A stretch of DNA of 64,000 bases, taken from Nanobdellota archaeon. Lineage in GTDB: Archaea > Nanobdellota > Nanobdellia > Parvarchaeales > Parvarchaeaceae. This document shows, one piece after another, positions 1 through 10,184 of this stretch. Made by a program: the position numbers and the translations under genes. Position 1 is the stretch's first letter. Each line of letters begins with the position of its first letter. Under the pieces are notes generated by a model, which was not told where the DNA came from, did not search any database, and was given only the letters and a program-made list of their open reading frames with translations. The stretch covers positions 4,718 to 68,717 of the forward strand of contig JAJZNK010000025.1 of assembly GCA_021811735.1 (NCBI GenBank), written 5' to 3'.

Positions 1-116
1 GGATTTATATCTAACACCCCCATCATCAAAGCATCATCATATACTTTTTTTGCCGGTATTTTACCCTCTACAATCATGCAAAAGACACAGTTCTCATCTT
101 CCATATAAGATATCAT
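1..116 (-). CDS. HIT (histidine triad) family protein, N-terminal part only; gene runs off the left window edge
   Basis: Hand translation of the minus strand from ATG 116-114 gives MISYMEDENCVFCMIVEGKIPAKKVYDDALMMGVLDINP. This fits the HIT N-terminal pattern C-x-F-C-x-I..g..Pa..vy.D......D..P. Not in the ORF track because it is cut by the window edge. Confidence 0.6.
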   Translation of the reverse strand, partial: MISYMEDENCVFCMIVEGKIPAKKVYDDALMMGVLDIN

Positions 117-197
117 TATCCAAACTATTTATTCTTAAGTGATATTTCGCGATCTGCAAAATAAAGGCTTTTAAACGTGTAAGTCGTAGGCTTACTT

Positions 198-458
198 ATG
201 AAAGCAAAAACTGACATGAAGTTTGCCAACGAGGAGAAAAGGTTGGTCGATGCAGCTATAGGACTTATACTGTTCACTTTCGGTATTGTCCTTATAGTAA
301 TGGGCTTAGTGTCCATAGTCTCGACGGCGGTTCTTAGCGGATATTTCTATAAGACCGTTACTACAGCTCCTTCGCAGTACATATATCCACTATTTGAGGT
401 AATTGTGGGAATAGTAATATTCGCATTCTCAATGTGGGCATTTAAGGCAAGAGTATAA
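198..458 (+). CDS. small membrane protein, two predicted TM helices, unknown function
   Basis: 86-aa ORF with two hydrophobic stretches (GLILFTFGIVLIVMGLVSIV; LFEVIVGIVIFAFSMWAF). A T-rich tract follows the stop. Confidence 0.35.
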   Translation: MKAKTDMKFANEEKRLVDAAIGLILFTFGIVLIVMGLVSIVSTAVLSGYFYKTVTTAPSQYIYPLFEVIVGIVIFAFSMWAFKARV

Positions 459-556
459 GGATTATTTTATAATTTTTTATTTTTTACTTTTATTTTCGGT
501 GAAAAAGAAAGATTTATATACTTGTTGATAATTTAGTAATTTGTAGGTGGTTAAAC

Positions 557-1354
557 ATGGCATTATCTTTCAGTGAAGATTATATCGCTAAGATCAGGAG
601 GATGTTCGGTCTTAACCTGTATGAGGCGAAGGTATGGATTGCACTTCTTTCACAAGGGAAGTCTACATCCGGAAAACTAAGTGAAATAGCAAACATCCCG
701 AAATCAAGGGCATATGATATACTAGTTTCTCTTGAAAACGGAGGGTTCATAGTACGAGATTTGAGCAAGCCAATAAGTTATAGGGCAATTCCTCCAAAAG
801 AACTCATAGAAAAACTCGAAGAAAAGGCAAAGGAATCTATGGAGCAAAGGATAGAAAAATTAAGCAAGCTCAGAAGCAGCGCAGTTCTTACAGATTTGCA
901 GAACCTTTATGACAAAGGGATAAAATATGTGGATGAAGGGAAGGTAGCCAACTCTTATCAAGGTTTGGACAACATATATTTCAGAATAAAGAAAAGTATA
1001 GGCTCTGCTAAAAACGAAATAGTAGTGGTTACTACAGAAGAGTCCTTAGAAAAGAAAATAGATTCTCTTGGAAGGGCGCTTAAAAAGGCAAAGGCAAATA
1101 ACGTAACGGTACATGTCTATGCACCTGTTAAGGACGTAAATGACACTATAGTAAATGAGATAAAACAGTTCGGGAAACTGAATAAGACTGACTTAGATAT
1201 CGGGAGATTTATCATAGTGGACGGTAATGAAATATTCATATTTACTGAAAATGAACAGGAAACTCATCCGAGCAACGAAGTAGTCCTACACATACGTGGT
1301 AAATATCTGCCGGAAAGGATTAAAAAGTTGGTCTCGTCCCATGTAGTCAGTTAG
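557..1354 (+). CDS. TrmB-family winged-helix transcriptional regulator
   Basis: N-terminus LNLYEAKVWIALLSQGKSTSGKLSEIANIPKSRAYDILVSLENGGFI matches the TrmB HTH pattern. Length 265 aa with a C-terminal effector-like domain. Confidence 0.75.
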   Translation: MALSFSEDYIAKIRRMFGLNLYEAKVWIALLSQGKSTSGKLSEIANIPKSRAYDILVSLENGGFIVRDLSKPISYRAIPPKELIEKLEEKAKESMEQRIEKLSKLRSSAVLTDLQNLYDKGIKYVDEGKVANSYQGLDNIYFRIKKSIGSAKNEIVVVTTEESLEKKIDSLGRALKKAKANNVTVHVYAPVKDVNDTIVNEIKQFGKLNKTDLDIGRFIIVDGNEIFIFTENEQETHPSNEVVLHIRGKYLPERIKKLVSSHVVS

Positions 1355-1403
1355 ACCTTAAAACAGTTAGAATTTAATATTAAAATCTTATATTAGTTTT
1401 ATC

Positions 1404-4400
1404 ATGACCTACATAAAGCAGATAGAGTTAGAGAATTTCAAGTCCTTTGCAGGCCACATAAAGTTCGATTTTGTGAATGGTTTCAATGCCATAGCAGGGG
1501 CAAATGGATCTGGGAAAAGCAACATAATAGATGCACTTCTTTTTGTATTTGGTGGATCCTCCAAGAAAGAGATGAGAAGTGATGTTCTCACAGATCTTAT
1601 ATTTAATGGAGGAAAAAACGGCAGACAGGCAGAACATGCGAAGGTGAATGTCATACTGGACAATTCTAAAAAGGAATTCAAGGCAATCGAAGGCGAAGAA
1701 ATCTCAATAAGCAGAAAAGTCGACAAGAACGGGAAAAGCGTTTACAGGATAGATGGAAAAGCTTCTACTAGAGAAGAAGTATTGAACATTCTGGCAATGG
1801 TCAGGTTCAGGCAGGACGGATTTAATATAATCCCACAGGGCAGGATACTAGAAATAATAGGCTCCACAAATGAAGACAGGCTCAATCTCATAAACGACAT
1901 ATCTGGCATAAGCATATTTGAAGATAAAAAAAGTAAGGCAATGAACGAAATGAAAAAGGTCGAAGATAATATCTCAAAGATAGAGACTGTGCTTAATGAA
2001 AAGAAGAAACTGATGGAGCAGTTAGACAAGGAAAAGACTAGGGCCGTAGAATTTCAAGAGATGAAGGCAAAGCAGGCTGCACTGCTTTCTAATCAAACCC
2101 TGCTCAAAAGAGATACTGCGTATAAAGAGCTACAACTCATAATTGACAAACTGAAGGGCGTAGAAAAGGGAAACGAAGAATTATCATCTGCAATAAGCGA
2201 TATAAATGACCGGTCAAAGAGAGTAAACGATGAGCTTGAAAATATAAATACAAAAGCGGAATCGGAGGGGGAAAAAGAGATACTTGATGCCGAGAACAGG
2301 GCAAAAGAGCTAGACGCTGAACTGGCAAGGCTTGGTGCTGTCCTGAAGAATGACAATGAACAGCTGAAAAACATAATCTCCTCAATAGAGGAACTTTCGA
2401 AATCGCAGAAAGACATGGGCGAGCAGGTTAAGCACGAGGAAGAAGAAAAGAAGAAACTAATGGAGAAAATGGAGCACATAAACTCCAAAAAACTCGTTTT
2501 AATCGAAAGCGATTCAAAGGCTCAGAACTATCTTAAAACTAAAGAGATGCTGGAAAAAAAGGCATACGATGCAGAAAAAAAGGCATATGAATTAAGAGTA
2601 GTGCTTTCCGATTATCCAAAAGTATCCGAGATTGAAGAGCATCTTACAAAACTTCAAAAGAGCAAATCAGAAACGGATAAAAAATTAAAGGAGTTGACTC
2701 TTACATTTTCTTCACTTAAACCGGAAACAGACAGGCTTAAAATACAGTCGAAACGGGAAGGAGATTCAGTCTATCTGCTCAGGGAACAGCTGCTAAATCA
2801 GAGAAACTTACTTTCCTCACAGAATAGGGCAATAGACATTGTAAATAAACTTAGAAAGGAGATAACCGGCGTGCATGGGGCAGTGTCGGAGCTGTTTTCG
2901 TTAAAGGACTCGAAATATAATGTTCCTGTAATAAGGTCGATAGGTAGAAGAAGTGACTTTATAATAGTAGATAATGAAGATACAGCGCGAGAATGTATTG
3001 AAAAACTTAAGAATGAAAAACTTGGTTTTTATACTTTCGTACCGATGACTTCTGTAAGAAGCAATTACGCGTTTGAAACTATCAATGAAACGGGTGTTGT
3101 AGACTACATAATAAACCTTGTGAATTTCAGTGGAGAGTATTCGAACGCCATGAAGTTCATATTCGGAGACACAGTTCTAGTCGAAAACTTCGAAACGGCA
3201 AAAAGATTGATAAATAAATATAGGATGGTCATGGCCGATGGAACAGTTTTTGAGAAAACTGGTACGGTTTCTGGAGGGCATTTTGAGATACCAAATGTAC
3301 TAAATATAAACCGAAGGATATCCGAGATAAATAAGGAAATCGAAGAACGATCTAAACTGAAAGAAAAACTCGATGAAGAGATGGTAGAAAAAGAAGCGAC
3401 CCTAAATTCTACAATGGCAGAGATTAAACTCCAGCAAAAGATTTTGGAGGATAATAAATCAGATATAGAGAAGTTGATGCGAGAAAGATCCAAGTTCACA
3501 GGTACCGAATCAGAAATATCTGAAAGTATACAGGCTCTTGAAAATGAAGTTATATCCTTTAAAACCAAACTTGATGAATTGGACAAGAACAAACCAGATA
3601 TCTCAGATCACAAAAAGGAAATAGAATCTTTCGAAAAAGAAGTAAATGATCTCCAGGTAAAGATAGCGACGTCTGGTAACAGGCTTTCAACCGTTTTTAT
3701 GTCTGAGATATCAAATCTTGAAAAGAGATTTTCGCAGCTTAATAAGGAAAAGCAGCGATTTGAAAAGGACATAGAGGATGTTGAGACTGCAATTAAAGAT
3801 TCGCAGGATAGGTACGGAAAGGCTAGAAAGGAACTGTCGACTAAATCGGATAAACTTACAAGCTTGAGGAAAAGAAGGACCGAACTTATGAATAGCCTGT
3901 CATCATTGCAGAAGGAAAGAGAAGACACATATTCAAAGTCACAGAAAATAAGTCTTGAATTAAATTCGTTGAAAGTCAAGGAAGCAGAACTCAAAGTAAA
4001 ATTCGAAACGGCCGATGAGGATTACAACAAGTACAAAGTTGATGGTGTCAGAATTGGGGAAGGAGAGACCATAGAAAAAATATCCAAAGAGCTCAATTCG
4101 ATAACTGCAAAGATAAATTCATTTGGGCCGATAAACGAGCTTGCGTTGAAGACCTTTGTAGAAACTCAAAAGCAATACGATGAGTTTTCAGGTAAGCTTT
4201 TAAAACTTAATGAAGAGAAGGAAAGAATAATGTTAATCATTACAGATATAGAACAGAAGAAATTAGAATCATTCAATAAAACGCTTTCTGAAATCAATAC
4301 AATTTTTACGAAGGTATTCAATTCAATAACGGGTGGAAAGGCAGAGCTGGTCCCAGAAGATCCTCAGAATGTATTTTCTACTGGCTTAGATATTGCGGTT

Positions 4401-4724
4401 GATCTTCCGAATAAGAAAGTAAGGAATGTCCGCGGTCTTAGTGGGGGTGAACTGTCAGTCCTTGCGATATCACTCATAATGGCCCTTTCTAAATACACTG
4501 ATGCAGTCTTCTACGTTCTAGACGAGGTTGATGCTGCATTAGACTCCATAAATGCAGGAAACTTCTCTGCACTTGTAAAAGCATATTCTGCAACGTCTCA
4601 GTTCATAGTGATATCGCACAACGAGACTACGTTGATAAATGCGGATGTTATATATGGAGTAACTATGAACAACGAGGGAGTTAGTAAGGTGGTTAGCGTT
4701 AAAATGCCAGAACAGGCGAAATGA
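1404..4724 (+). CDS. smc: SMC chromosome segregation ATPase
   Basis: Walker A GANGSGKSNIIDA at the N-terminus, long coiled-coil middle, hinge-like region, and C-terminal signature LSGGELSVLAISL plus Walker B VLDEVDAALD. 1106 aa. Confidence 0.9.
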   Translation: MTYIKQIELENFKSFAGHIKFDFVNGFNAIAGANGSGKSNIIDALLFVFGGSSKKEMRSDVLTDLIFNGGKNGRQAEHAKVNVILDNSKKEFKAIEGEEISISRKVDKNGKSVYRIDGKASTREEVLNILAMVRFRQDGFNIIPQGRILEIIGSTNEDRLNLINDISGISIFEDKKSKAMNEMKKVEDNISKIETVLNEKKKLMEQLDKEKTRAVEFQEMKAKQAALLSNQTLLKRDTAYKELQLIIDKLKGVEKGNEELSSAISDINDRSKRVNDELENINTKAESEGEKEILDAENRAKELDAELARLGAVLKNDNEQLKNIISSIEELSKSQKDMGEQVKHEEEEKKKLMEKMEHINSKKLVLIESDSKAQNYLKTKEMLEKKAYDAEKKAYELRVVLSDYPKVSEIEEHLTKLQKSKSETDKKLKELTLTFSSLKPETDRLKIQSKREGDSVYLLREQLLNQRNLLSSQNRAIDIVNKLRKEITGVHGAVSELFSLKDSKYNVPVIRSIGRRSDFIIVDNEDTARECIEKLKNEKLGFYTFVPMTSVRSNYAFETINETGVVDYIINLVNFSGEYSNAMKFIFGDTVLVENFETAKRLINKYRMVMADGTVFEKTGTVSGGHFEIPNVLNINRRISEINKEIEERSKLKEKLDEEMVEKEATLNSTMAEIKLQQKILEDNKSDIEKLMRERSKFTGTESEISESIQALENEVISFKTKLDELDKNKPDISDHKKEIESFEKEVNDLQVKIATSGNRLSTVFMSEISNLEKRFSQLNKEKQRFEKDIEDVETAIKDSQDRYGKARKELSTKSDKLTSLRKRRTELMNSLSSLQKEREDTYSKSQKISLELNSLKVKEAELKVKFETADEDYNKYKVDGVRIGEGETIEKISKELNSITAKINSFGPINELALKTFVETQKQYDEFSGKLLKLNEEKERIMLIITDIEQKKLESFNKTLSEINTIFTKVFNSITGGKAELVPEDPQNVFSTGLDIAVDLPNKKVRNVRGLSGGELSVLAISLIMALSKYTDAVFYVLDEVDAALDSINAGNFSALVKAYSATSQFIVISHNETTLINADVIYGVTMNNEGVSKVVSVKMPEQAK

Positions 4725-5531
4725 TTATTTAAAATAAGCAATTATTTTTTTTACGTCTTCAAGACTCAATGTCTTAACTGGTTTGTTTTCCATAACTTTC
4801 AATTCAACTGGCAAGCTGGAGAAGAACTCTTTGCTCTGTTTTTTTGTGGAGGTTTTAACCTCAGTAAATGAATTTGACACGGCGTTTTTAAATGTCATTT
4901 CTCTTCTTTTGAAAATTCCCTGTAAAATTTCATGCGGTCTTCTTTTTATATTCACCATTGTGCTTGTAACCCTTGGTTCAGGATAAAATGCATACTTTGG
5001 AACGTCTGTAATTTTTGAAAAGTCCATAAATACTTTTTGAAATGCAGAAAAAACAGTTTTGGGATCTTCTGCTATAAGCTCATCCGCAATGGTTTTTGGT
5101 AATATCATTACTCCAGACTCAAAATCATAGTGAGATAACTTTTCTATGATTCTATCAGTTATATTGTACGGTGGATTTGAAATTACTTTTGTGAATCTTG
5201 GGTATATCATATCCAACGCATCTGCATTTATCACCTGTACGTTATTATCTATCTCATATTTGTCCACAAGGTATGAATAACATTTGATTTCTTTTTCAAT
5301 TGCGATAATTTTGCATATACGCCTCACGCGCGTCTCTATACTCCCAAAACCAGCACCTATATCCAGTACTACATCTGTTTCTTTTAGGGTTGCGTTTTCT
5401 ACTTCTTTTTCTAGTAATTCTTCATCTACAAGGAAGTTCTGTCCGCTTTCGTTTGTGCTTTTTATTTCAAAATCATTTACTAATTTTATTATTGTGTCCT
5501 TAAGAATATTCATATTACTTACTTTTTCCAC
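4725..5531 (-). CDS. ksgA: 16S rRNA adenine dimethyltransferase KsgA/Dim1
   Basis: Motifs GQNFLVD, SAM-binding VLDIGAGFGSIE and ISNPPYNI. An alternative start ATG at 5513 (MNILKD) would remove the overlap with the upstream ORF. Confidence 0.85.
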   Translation of the reverse strand: MEKVSNMNILKDTIIKLVNDFEIKSTNESGQNFLVDEELLEKEVENATLKETDVVLDIGAGFGSIETRVRRICKIIAIEKEIKCYSYLVDKYEIDNNVQVINADALDMIYPRFTKVISNPPYNITDRIIEKLSHYDFESGVMILPKTIADELIAEDPKTVFSAFQKVFMDFSKITDVPKYAFYPEPRVTSTMVNIKRRPHEILQGIFKRREMTFKNAVSNSFTEVKTSTKKQSKEFFSSLPVELKVMENKPVKTLSLEDVKKIIAYFK

Positions 5532-5793
5532 GTGGAGGTTTCAATCTGTTGACTGAATATTCTTCATTGCAGGACTGACAGTTAAAAACATAGAATTCTT
5601 TTGACTTTCCGTTGTCCTTTCTTTTCTGTGTTTGAAGGGAGGATTTGAAATCGTTTGGCTTTCCACATTTCGGGCAATTAAATACAAAATTAAAGTCGGT
5701 TTCGCCCTGTTCTCTGTATATCATCAATTTCTCAGATTTATCACCAAAACTTATAAATGATTTCTTTATAAAATTCAGCTTGTCTATGTTCAT
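5515..5793 (-). CDS. small zinc-ribbon protein, unknown function
   Basis: 92 aa with CPKCG...CQSC (two CxxC pairs). Its stop lies 1 nt before the alternative ksgA ATG. Confidence 0.45.
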   Translation of the reverse strand: MNIDKLNFIKKSFISFGDKSEKLMIYREQGETDFNFVFNCPKCGKPNDFKSSLQTQKRKDNGKSKEFYVFNCQSCNEEYSVNRLKPPRGKSK

Positions 5794-5823
5794 ACAAAAA
5801 ACTGGTTTTTCTGTCTTAAATAT

Positions 5824-6474
5824 CTATTCAACCTCTATGCGGTTAAGTTCACGGCTCTCCTTTATCCATATAGCCCAGCATAGTTCTATTCCGCTCATTG
5901 ACATATTTCGCGCGATTTCCAACCCTTTCTCTATACACTCTTGAGGATTATTTACTTCAGAAAAGTTCTTACTAATCCATCTTGCTATTATCTTATCCGG
6001 CATTATAGTGTTTACGCCACTTTGCATTCTAAGATACTGGAATGTACTTATACCGACCCCTTTGATTTTTCCAATTGGGTCGCTTTTAATATTGTAATAA
6101 TCTGCCTTTTTCGACCAGTCCTTTAATTTCTGCATATCACTCTTTTTATCGTCTTCGGACATAAACATACAGATTTTGATCATCGTATCCCATACACGAT
6201 TGTTTCCAAACACCTTTAGAAGTTCTTTCCTAGGTATTTTTTGAAGGTCTCTGCAGGTTTTGATTCTCCCATTTTTTATATATTTCTCTTGGAATTCCTT
6301 TACTTTTGGTACTACGACTGTAAAATAGTTTAATCCAGAACTATCAAGGCATGCGTCAAGTATTATGAGCACTGGATTACCATTCCACCGGTTTTCCGTT
6401 AAACATAAGTCTGCAAATTTCTCGGCTTCGGTCAAAACAGCTCTTCCGAAAAGCTTTAATGCATTATATTTCAT
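5824..6474 (-). CDS. hypothetical protein with a helix-hairpin-helix-like segment
   Basis: 216-aa ORF. IGKIKGVGISTFQYLRMQSG resembles an HhH motif. No other family recognised. Confidence 0.4.
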   Translation of the reverse strand: MKYNALKLFGRAVLTEAEKFADLCLTENRWNGNPVLIILDACLDSSGLNYFTVVVPKVKEFQEKYIKNGRIKTCRDLQKIPRKELLKVFGNNRVWDTMIKICMFMSEDDKKSDMQKLKDWSKKADYYNIKSDPIGKIKGVGISTFQYLRMQSGVNTIMPDKIIARWISKNFSEVNNPQECIEKGLEIARNMSMSGIELCWAIWIKESRELNRIEVE

Positions 6475-6574
6475 TATCTATGAATAGGGTTTGGGATATT
6501 AATCATGTTCTACGGCCCGCTATAAAAATATATTTAAAGGTAAAAAACATAAGTAGTGTATAATTTCGATAAGT

Positions 6575-7276
6575 ATGAAAGTACCAAGGTCTAGGAGAAG
6601 AGGAAAAAGCAGAGTCTTCAGGTTTGACGACTTCAAGGCTGTTGCAGAGGTAAAATTCCCTTCGGTTCAAGATTCAATGAATGCAAGAGTTGTTAAAATA
6701 ACGCATGATCCATACAGAACTGCCCCTTTGATGCAGATTAAATTTGAAGATGGTAAATCTTCTTTTCTGCCAGCTTTTACGGGAGCATATGAGGGGCTGA
6801 TTATAACCTATCTTAAAGCAGATTCTGTTAAGAATGGTTCGATTCTAAGACTCGGCGAAATTCCTACGGGAACCAATGTCTATAATATAGAGCTTAAGCC
6901 AGGAGATGGCGGTAAACTGATACGAGCAGGAGGCAACACTGCTAAGATAATGGAAAACACTGGAAAGGAGGTTGCGCTGTCCCTTTCAAGCGGAAGGATA
7001 CTCAGGTTAAAACCAGAATGCAGGGCAATAGTCGGTAGAATTGCAAATGCAGGCAGAAAGGAAAAACCTTTTTATAAGGCTGGCAATAAATATCATCTTA
7101 CAAGGGCCAGAAGTAGATACTGGCCTATGAATGCCGCAGTCGCTATGAATGCTTATGAGCATAAGTTCGGCGGGAAGAGAAGAAGCACGCAGCACAAGTC
7201 AAAGAGCTCTTCAAGAAATTCGCCTCCGGGTGCAAAAGTCGGAGCAATCGCTCCTAAGAGAACAGGTGTAAGATAG
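6575..7276 (+). CDS. rpl2: 50S ribosomal protein uL2
   Basis: Typical uL2 C-terminal half ([42 protein letters not shown]). First gene of the L2-S19-L22-S3-L29 order. Confidence 0.9.
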   Translation: MKVPRSRRRGKSRVFRFDDFKAVAEVKFPSVQDSMNARVVKITHDPYRTAPLMQIKFEDGKSSFLPAFTGAYEGLIITYLKADSVKNGSILRLGEIPTGTNVYNIELKPGDGGKLIRAGGNTAKIMENTGKEVALSLSSGRILRLKPECRAIVGRIANAGRKEKPFYKAGNKYHLTRARSRYWPMNAAVAMNAYEHKFGGKRRSTQHKSKSSSRNSPPGAKVGAIAPKRTGVR

Positions 7277-7662
7277 TGGAAGAATATAAATTTAGAGGAA
7301 AAAGCGTAGAAGAACTTAAGAAGATGTCAAATGAGGAGTTGGCAAAGATAGCAAATGCGGATTTTAGGAGGTCGATAAAACGAGGTTTTTCACCGGAAGA
7401 AAAGATCTTCTTAGCAAATTTAAAAAAGAAAATATCCAAATCAAAGTCTATCAAGACCCACATGAGGGAAATGTTCATATTGCCAGACTTCGTTGGACTG
7501 ACTATACATGTTCATAATGGGAAAGAGTTTGTACCTATAGAAATAAAACCTTCGATGGTGTTTCATAGACTTGGGGAGTTTGCGTTGACGACAAAACAAG
7601 TAAAGCACGGTTCTCCAGGTATGAAAGCAACACGTTCAAGCGGATTCGTTCCTATTAAGTAG
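7276..7662 (+). CDS. rps19: 30S ribosomal protein uS19
   Basis: [42 protein letters not shown] matches the uS19 core. GTG start overlaps the L2 stop by 1 nt. Confidence 0.9.
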   Translation: MEEYKFRGKSVEELKKMSNEELAKIANADFRRSIKRGFSPEEKIFLANLKKKISKSKSIKTHMREMFILPDFVGLTIHVHNGKEFVPIEIKPSMVFHRLGEFALTTKQVKHGSPGMKATRSSGFVPIK

Positions 7663-7665
7663 ATT

Positions 7666-8331
7666 ATGGCAGAAAAAACTAAAACTAAAAGCAAGGATGT
7701 TCCTGTAGCAGAGAATACAAAAGAGAAGGCGGTTAAAACACTTACAAGAGTGCAGTCCAAAAGGGAGAGCATGCAGATATCATTGAAACATACTCATGAA
7801 ATAATGGAAGCAGTCAAGGGAAAGGATGTCACAAAGGCTGTGAATTTCCTCAAAAAAGTGCTTTTGAAAGAGGCATATATACCCTTCAGGAAATTTCCAA
7901 GTAAGGGACATAAACATGGCGTTCCTGCCGGGTTCCCTAAAAAGGCGACAAAGCAGGTAATCTCCATATTAGAGGAAATGAAAAGTAACGCTAAAAACAT
8001 GGGTTTTGATGAATCAAAGATAGTCGTAAGTGGTTACGCTTTAGGTAGAGGGGGTTACCCTAGATTTTCCAGTGGTTCTATTTATAGACATGGTAAAAGG
8101 ACAAATCTTACAGTATACTCCTTTGTAAATCAGGAAAGAAAGATAGTTCAGAAGAAAGTAGAGAAAGTGGAAGCAAAGGGAGAAAAACCAACTGATACAG
8201 CCGTTTCTGTTGAAAATGAAAAGAAAGACACAAAACATGAAAATTCAACAGTCGAGGAGACAGTTCAAGATAACAAAAAACAAGAAAACAATAAAAGCAA
8301 CGAGAACAATGAGTTAAAGGCGGAGAAATGA
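7666..8331 (+). CDS. rpl22: 50S ribosomal protein uL22 with a long K/E/N-rich C-terminal tail
   Basis: uL22 core (SLKHTHEIMEAVKGKDVTKAVNFLKKVLLKEAYIPFRKF) in conserved operon position. About 65 extra low-complexity residues at the C-terminus. Confidence 0.85.
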   Translation: MAEKTKTKSKDVPVAENTKEKAVKTLTRVQSKRESMQISLKHTHEIMEAVKGKDVTKAVNFLKKVLLKEAYIPFRKFPSKGHKHGVPAGFPKKATKQVISILEEMKSNAKNMGFDESKIVVSGYALGRGGYPRFSSGSIYRHGKRTNLTVYSFVNQERKIVQKKVEKVEAKGEKPTDTAVSVENEKKDTKHENSTVEETVQDNKKQENNKSNENNELKAEK

Positions 8332-8332
8332 T

Positions 8333-9004
8333 ATGCTACCAAAAAAAATAATTGCAAATAAGGTGAATGAGGAAACTGCAAGAGAGTATTTGTTCAAGAG
8401 ATTCAGTAAATTCGGGATAAGTGATATCAGAATTGAAAAGACCCCTCTTGGAATGAAGATAGTCATAAGGACACCTAAACCGGGTGCAATAATAACAAGA
8501 GCGAACCAAGTTTTAAAGGAGAGCTCAAAAGAGCTAGGTGAATATTTCAAACAAGAATCTCCAAGAATAGAGGTTGAAAATTCATATAATCCAAATCTGG
8601 ATCCTGCAGTTGTTGCAGATTCTATAGCATTTAAGATAGCAAAATACGGCCCAATGAAGTATAAAGTTGTGGCGCACAAAGCTATGGATAGCATTATGGA
8701 TGCTGGAGCCAAAGGCGTTGAAATAGAAGTAGGTGGCGTAATAAAAGAGAGGGCAGCACACTTTAAATTCAGGCCGATTGGCAGCGTAATGCCAAAAACC
8801 GGGCAGGTTGAATTTTTCGGGGTCAGGACTGCTAAAAAACAACTTGTCCTTAAAAGAGGGTCTATAGGAATAAAGGTAACTATAGTTGTGCCTACGGAGA
8901 CTATTGGAGGAATAAAAATAAATGATGGAAGAGAATCTGAAAGATCTGGAGATGGAGCTCCTGAAGATGAACATAAAGAAGACGCAAGGGCTTCAACCAG
9001 CTGA
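8333..9004 (+). CDS. rps3: 30S ribosomal protein uS3
   Basis: KH-domain pattern (IRIEKTPLGMKIVIRTPKPGAIITR) in conserved position after L22. Confidence 0.9.
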   Translation: MLPKKIIANKVNEETAREYLFKRFSKFGISDIRIEKTPLGMKIVIRTPKPGAIITRANQVLKESSKELGEYFKQESPRIEVENSYNPNLDPAVVADSIAFKIAKYGPMKYKVVAHKAMDSIMDAGAKGVEIEVGGVIKERAAHFKFRPIGSVMPKTGQVEFFGVRTAKKQLVLKRGSIGIKVTIVVPTETIGGIKINDGRESERSGDGAPEDEHKEDARASTS

Positions 9005-9098
9005 CGCAGGAAAGTACAGACATTTAAAGAAGAAGGTTGCGCAGCTCAGGGATGAGCTTAGACAGAAAGAGCTTTCGGCTTCTGTTAAAAAGCAATAG
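8922..9098 (+). CDS. rpl29: 50S ribosomal protein uL29 (58 aa; absent from ORF track)
   Basis: Hand translation: MMEENLKDLEMELLKMNIKKTQGLQPADAGKYRHLKKKVAQLRDELRQKELSASVKKQ. Helical uL29-like pattern in the conserved position after S3. It overlaps the S3 3' end by 83 nt in another frame. Confidence 0.7.
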   Translation: MMEENLKDLEMELLKMNIKKTQGLQPADAGKYRHLKKKVAQLRDELRQKELSASVKKQ

Positions 9099-9222
9099 AA
9101 ACAGTCTTAAGCTTCGTTTTATTGGAGATTTAATCATAATTGAGACATATATATCTTTTTCTGTCTATTCTCATTAATCTAATGCTCAAAGATATGCTCT
9201 ATAAAAAGAAAAATTGATCTGA

Positions 9223-10089
9223 TTACCCATTTATAACATCAAATAATGTTGCAAGCTGCTGTCTCTTTATCTCTATCTGGCTCTTCATTCGCTTGTACTC
9301 ATCTTCACTGATCTTACCGGCGACGAAATTCCTTTCTAAATCAGAAGATTCCTTCTCGACATCTCTTATCTTATTGTTTAATTTTATAGAACCTTGCGGG
9401 CCCATTGACAGGCTGCTAGAAACGCTGTTGGCAAGTTGTCTTTTATCCAGCTTATTTCCATATTTTCTGGAAATCTCACTGTACATCTCTGTCATATCTC
9501 CCTCTAATTTTGAATAAGAATCTTTATCTTTGAACTTACAATCCCCTGCAATAACCATCCTAACGTTTGCAGACTGTTCAGTAGGATCGTAAACGCCGAC
9601 TATTTTTGCCCATAGAAATATTGGGACTATCTTTTTTATCTCGAAGAACACAAATGCAAGTACGAAAGCCAGAACTGTGCCGTAAAGCGCAAGCGCCGAC
9701 GGTACGTAGTTAAAATGCGTAATATTTGTATATATATCCGAACGGTAGGATACCATCAATACAACGGCTAAGATCACACCAACTATCAAGCAAGTCTTCC
9801 ATTCTATCGGATACTTAGATCCTTTTTTGTTGTCTTTTGCACTTTTTATAACAGCGCGTATAGGTTTTACGTTACCGCCTCTGAAGGTTTCTTCCAGCTC
9901 ATTATCCTCAAATTTTGTGAGCTCATTAAGTAGGATTTTGTAATTCATCTCCGTCATGTATTCAGAGACTTGGTTTCTCAATGCTTGCGGGTCGTCACTT
10001 TTTATATATAAATCATAGAAAACGTGCTTCTTTTCAAGTTCAGGAGTCTCAAATTCCTTCTCATAATTCTTTATGCTGAATCCTAACAT
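9223..10089 (-). CDS. membrane protein with SHOCT-like C-terminal motif
   Basis: 288 aa with two central TM helices. The C-terminal AGKISEDEYKRMKSQIEIKRQQL resembles the SHOCT short C-terminal domain. Confidence 0.45.
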   Translation of the reverse strand: MLGFSIKNYEKEFETPELEKKHVFYDLYIKSDDPQALRNQVSEYMTEMNYKILLNELTKFEDNELEETFRGGNVKPIRAVIKSAKDNKKGSKYPIEWKTCLIVGVILAVVLMVSYRSDIYTNITHFNYVPSALALYGTVLAFVLAFVFFEIKKIVPIFLWAKIVGVYDPTEQSANVRMVIAGDCKFKDKDSYSKLEGDMTEMYSEISRKYGNKLDKRQLANSVSSSLSMGPQGSIKLNNKIRDVEKESSDLERNFVAGKISEDEYKRMKSQIEIKRQQLATLFDVING

Positions 10090-10184
10090 GAAAATATATG
10101 ATTTCGTTTAAATAAATAAGTATTATTATCAGTTTTCGGCCTGTCTTTTTAAATTATTTATTTGTGGCTTTTTATTAGTAACTA

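Noticed and set aside
125-316. 63-aa minus-strand ORF overlapping the small membrane protein gene and the HIT gene upstream region
   Set aside because: It is antisense to a better ORF (198-458) and shows no motifs. The real minus-strand gene here is the HIT fragment ending at 116.
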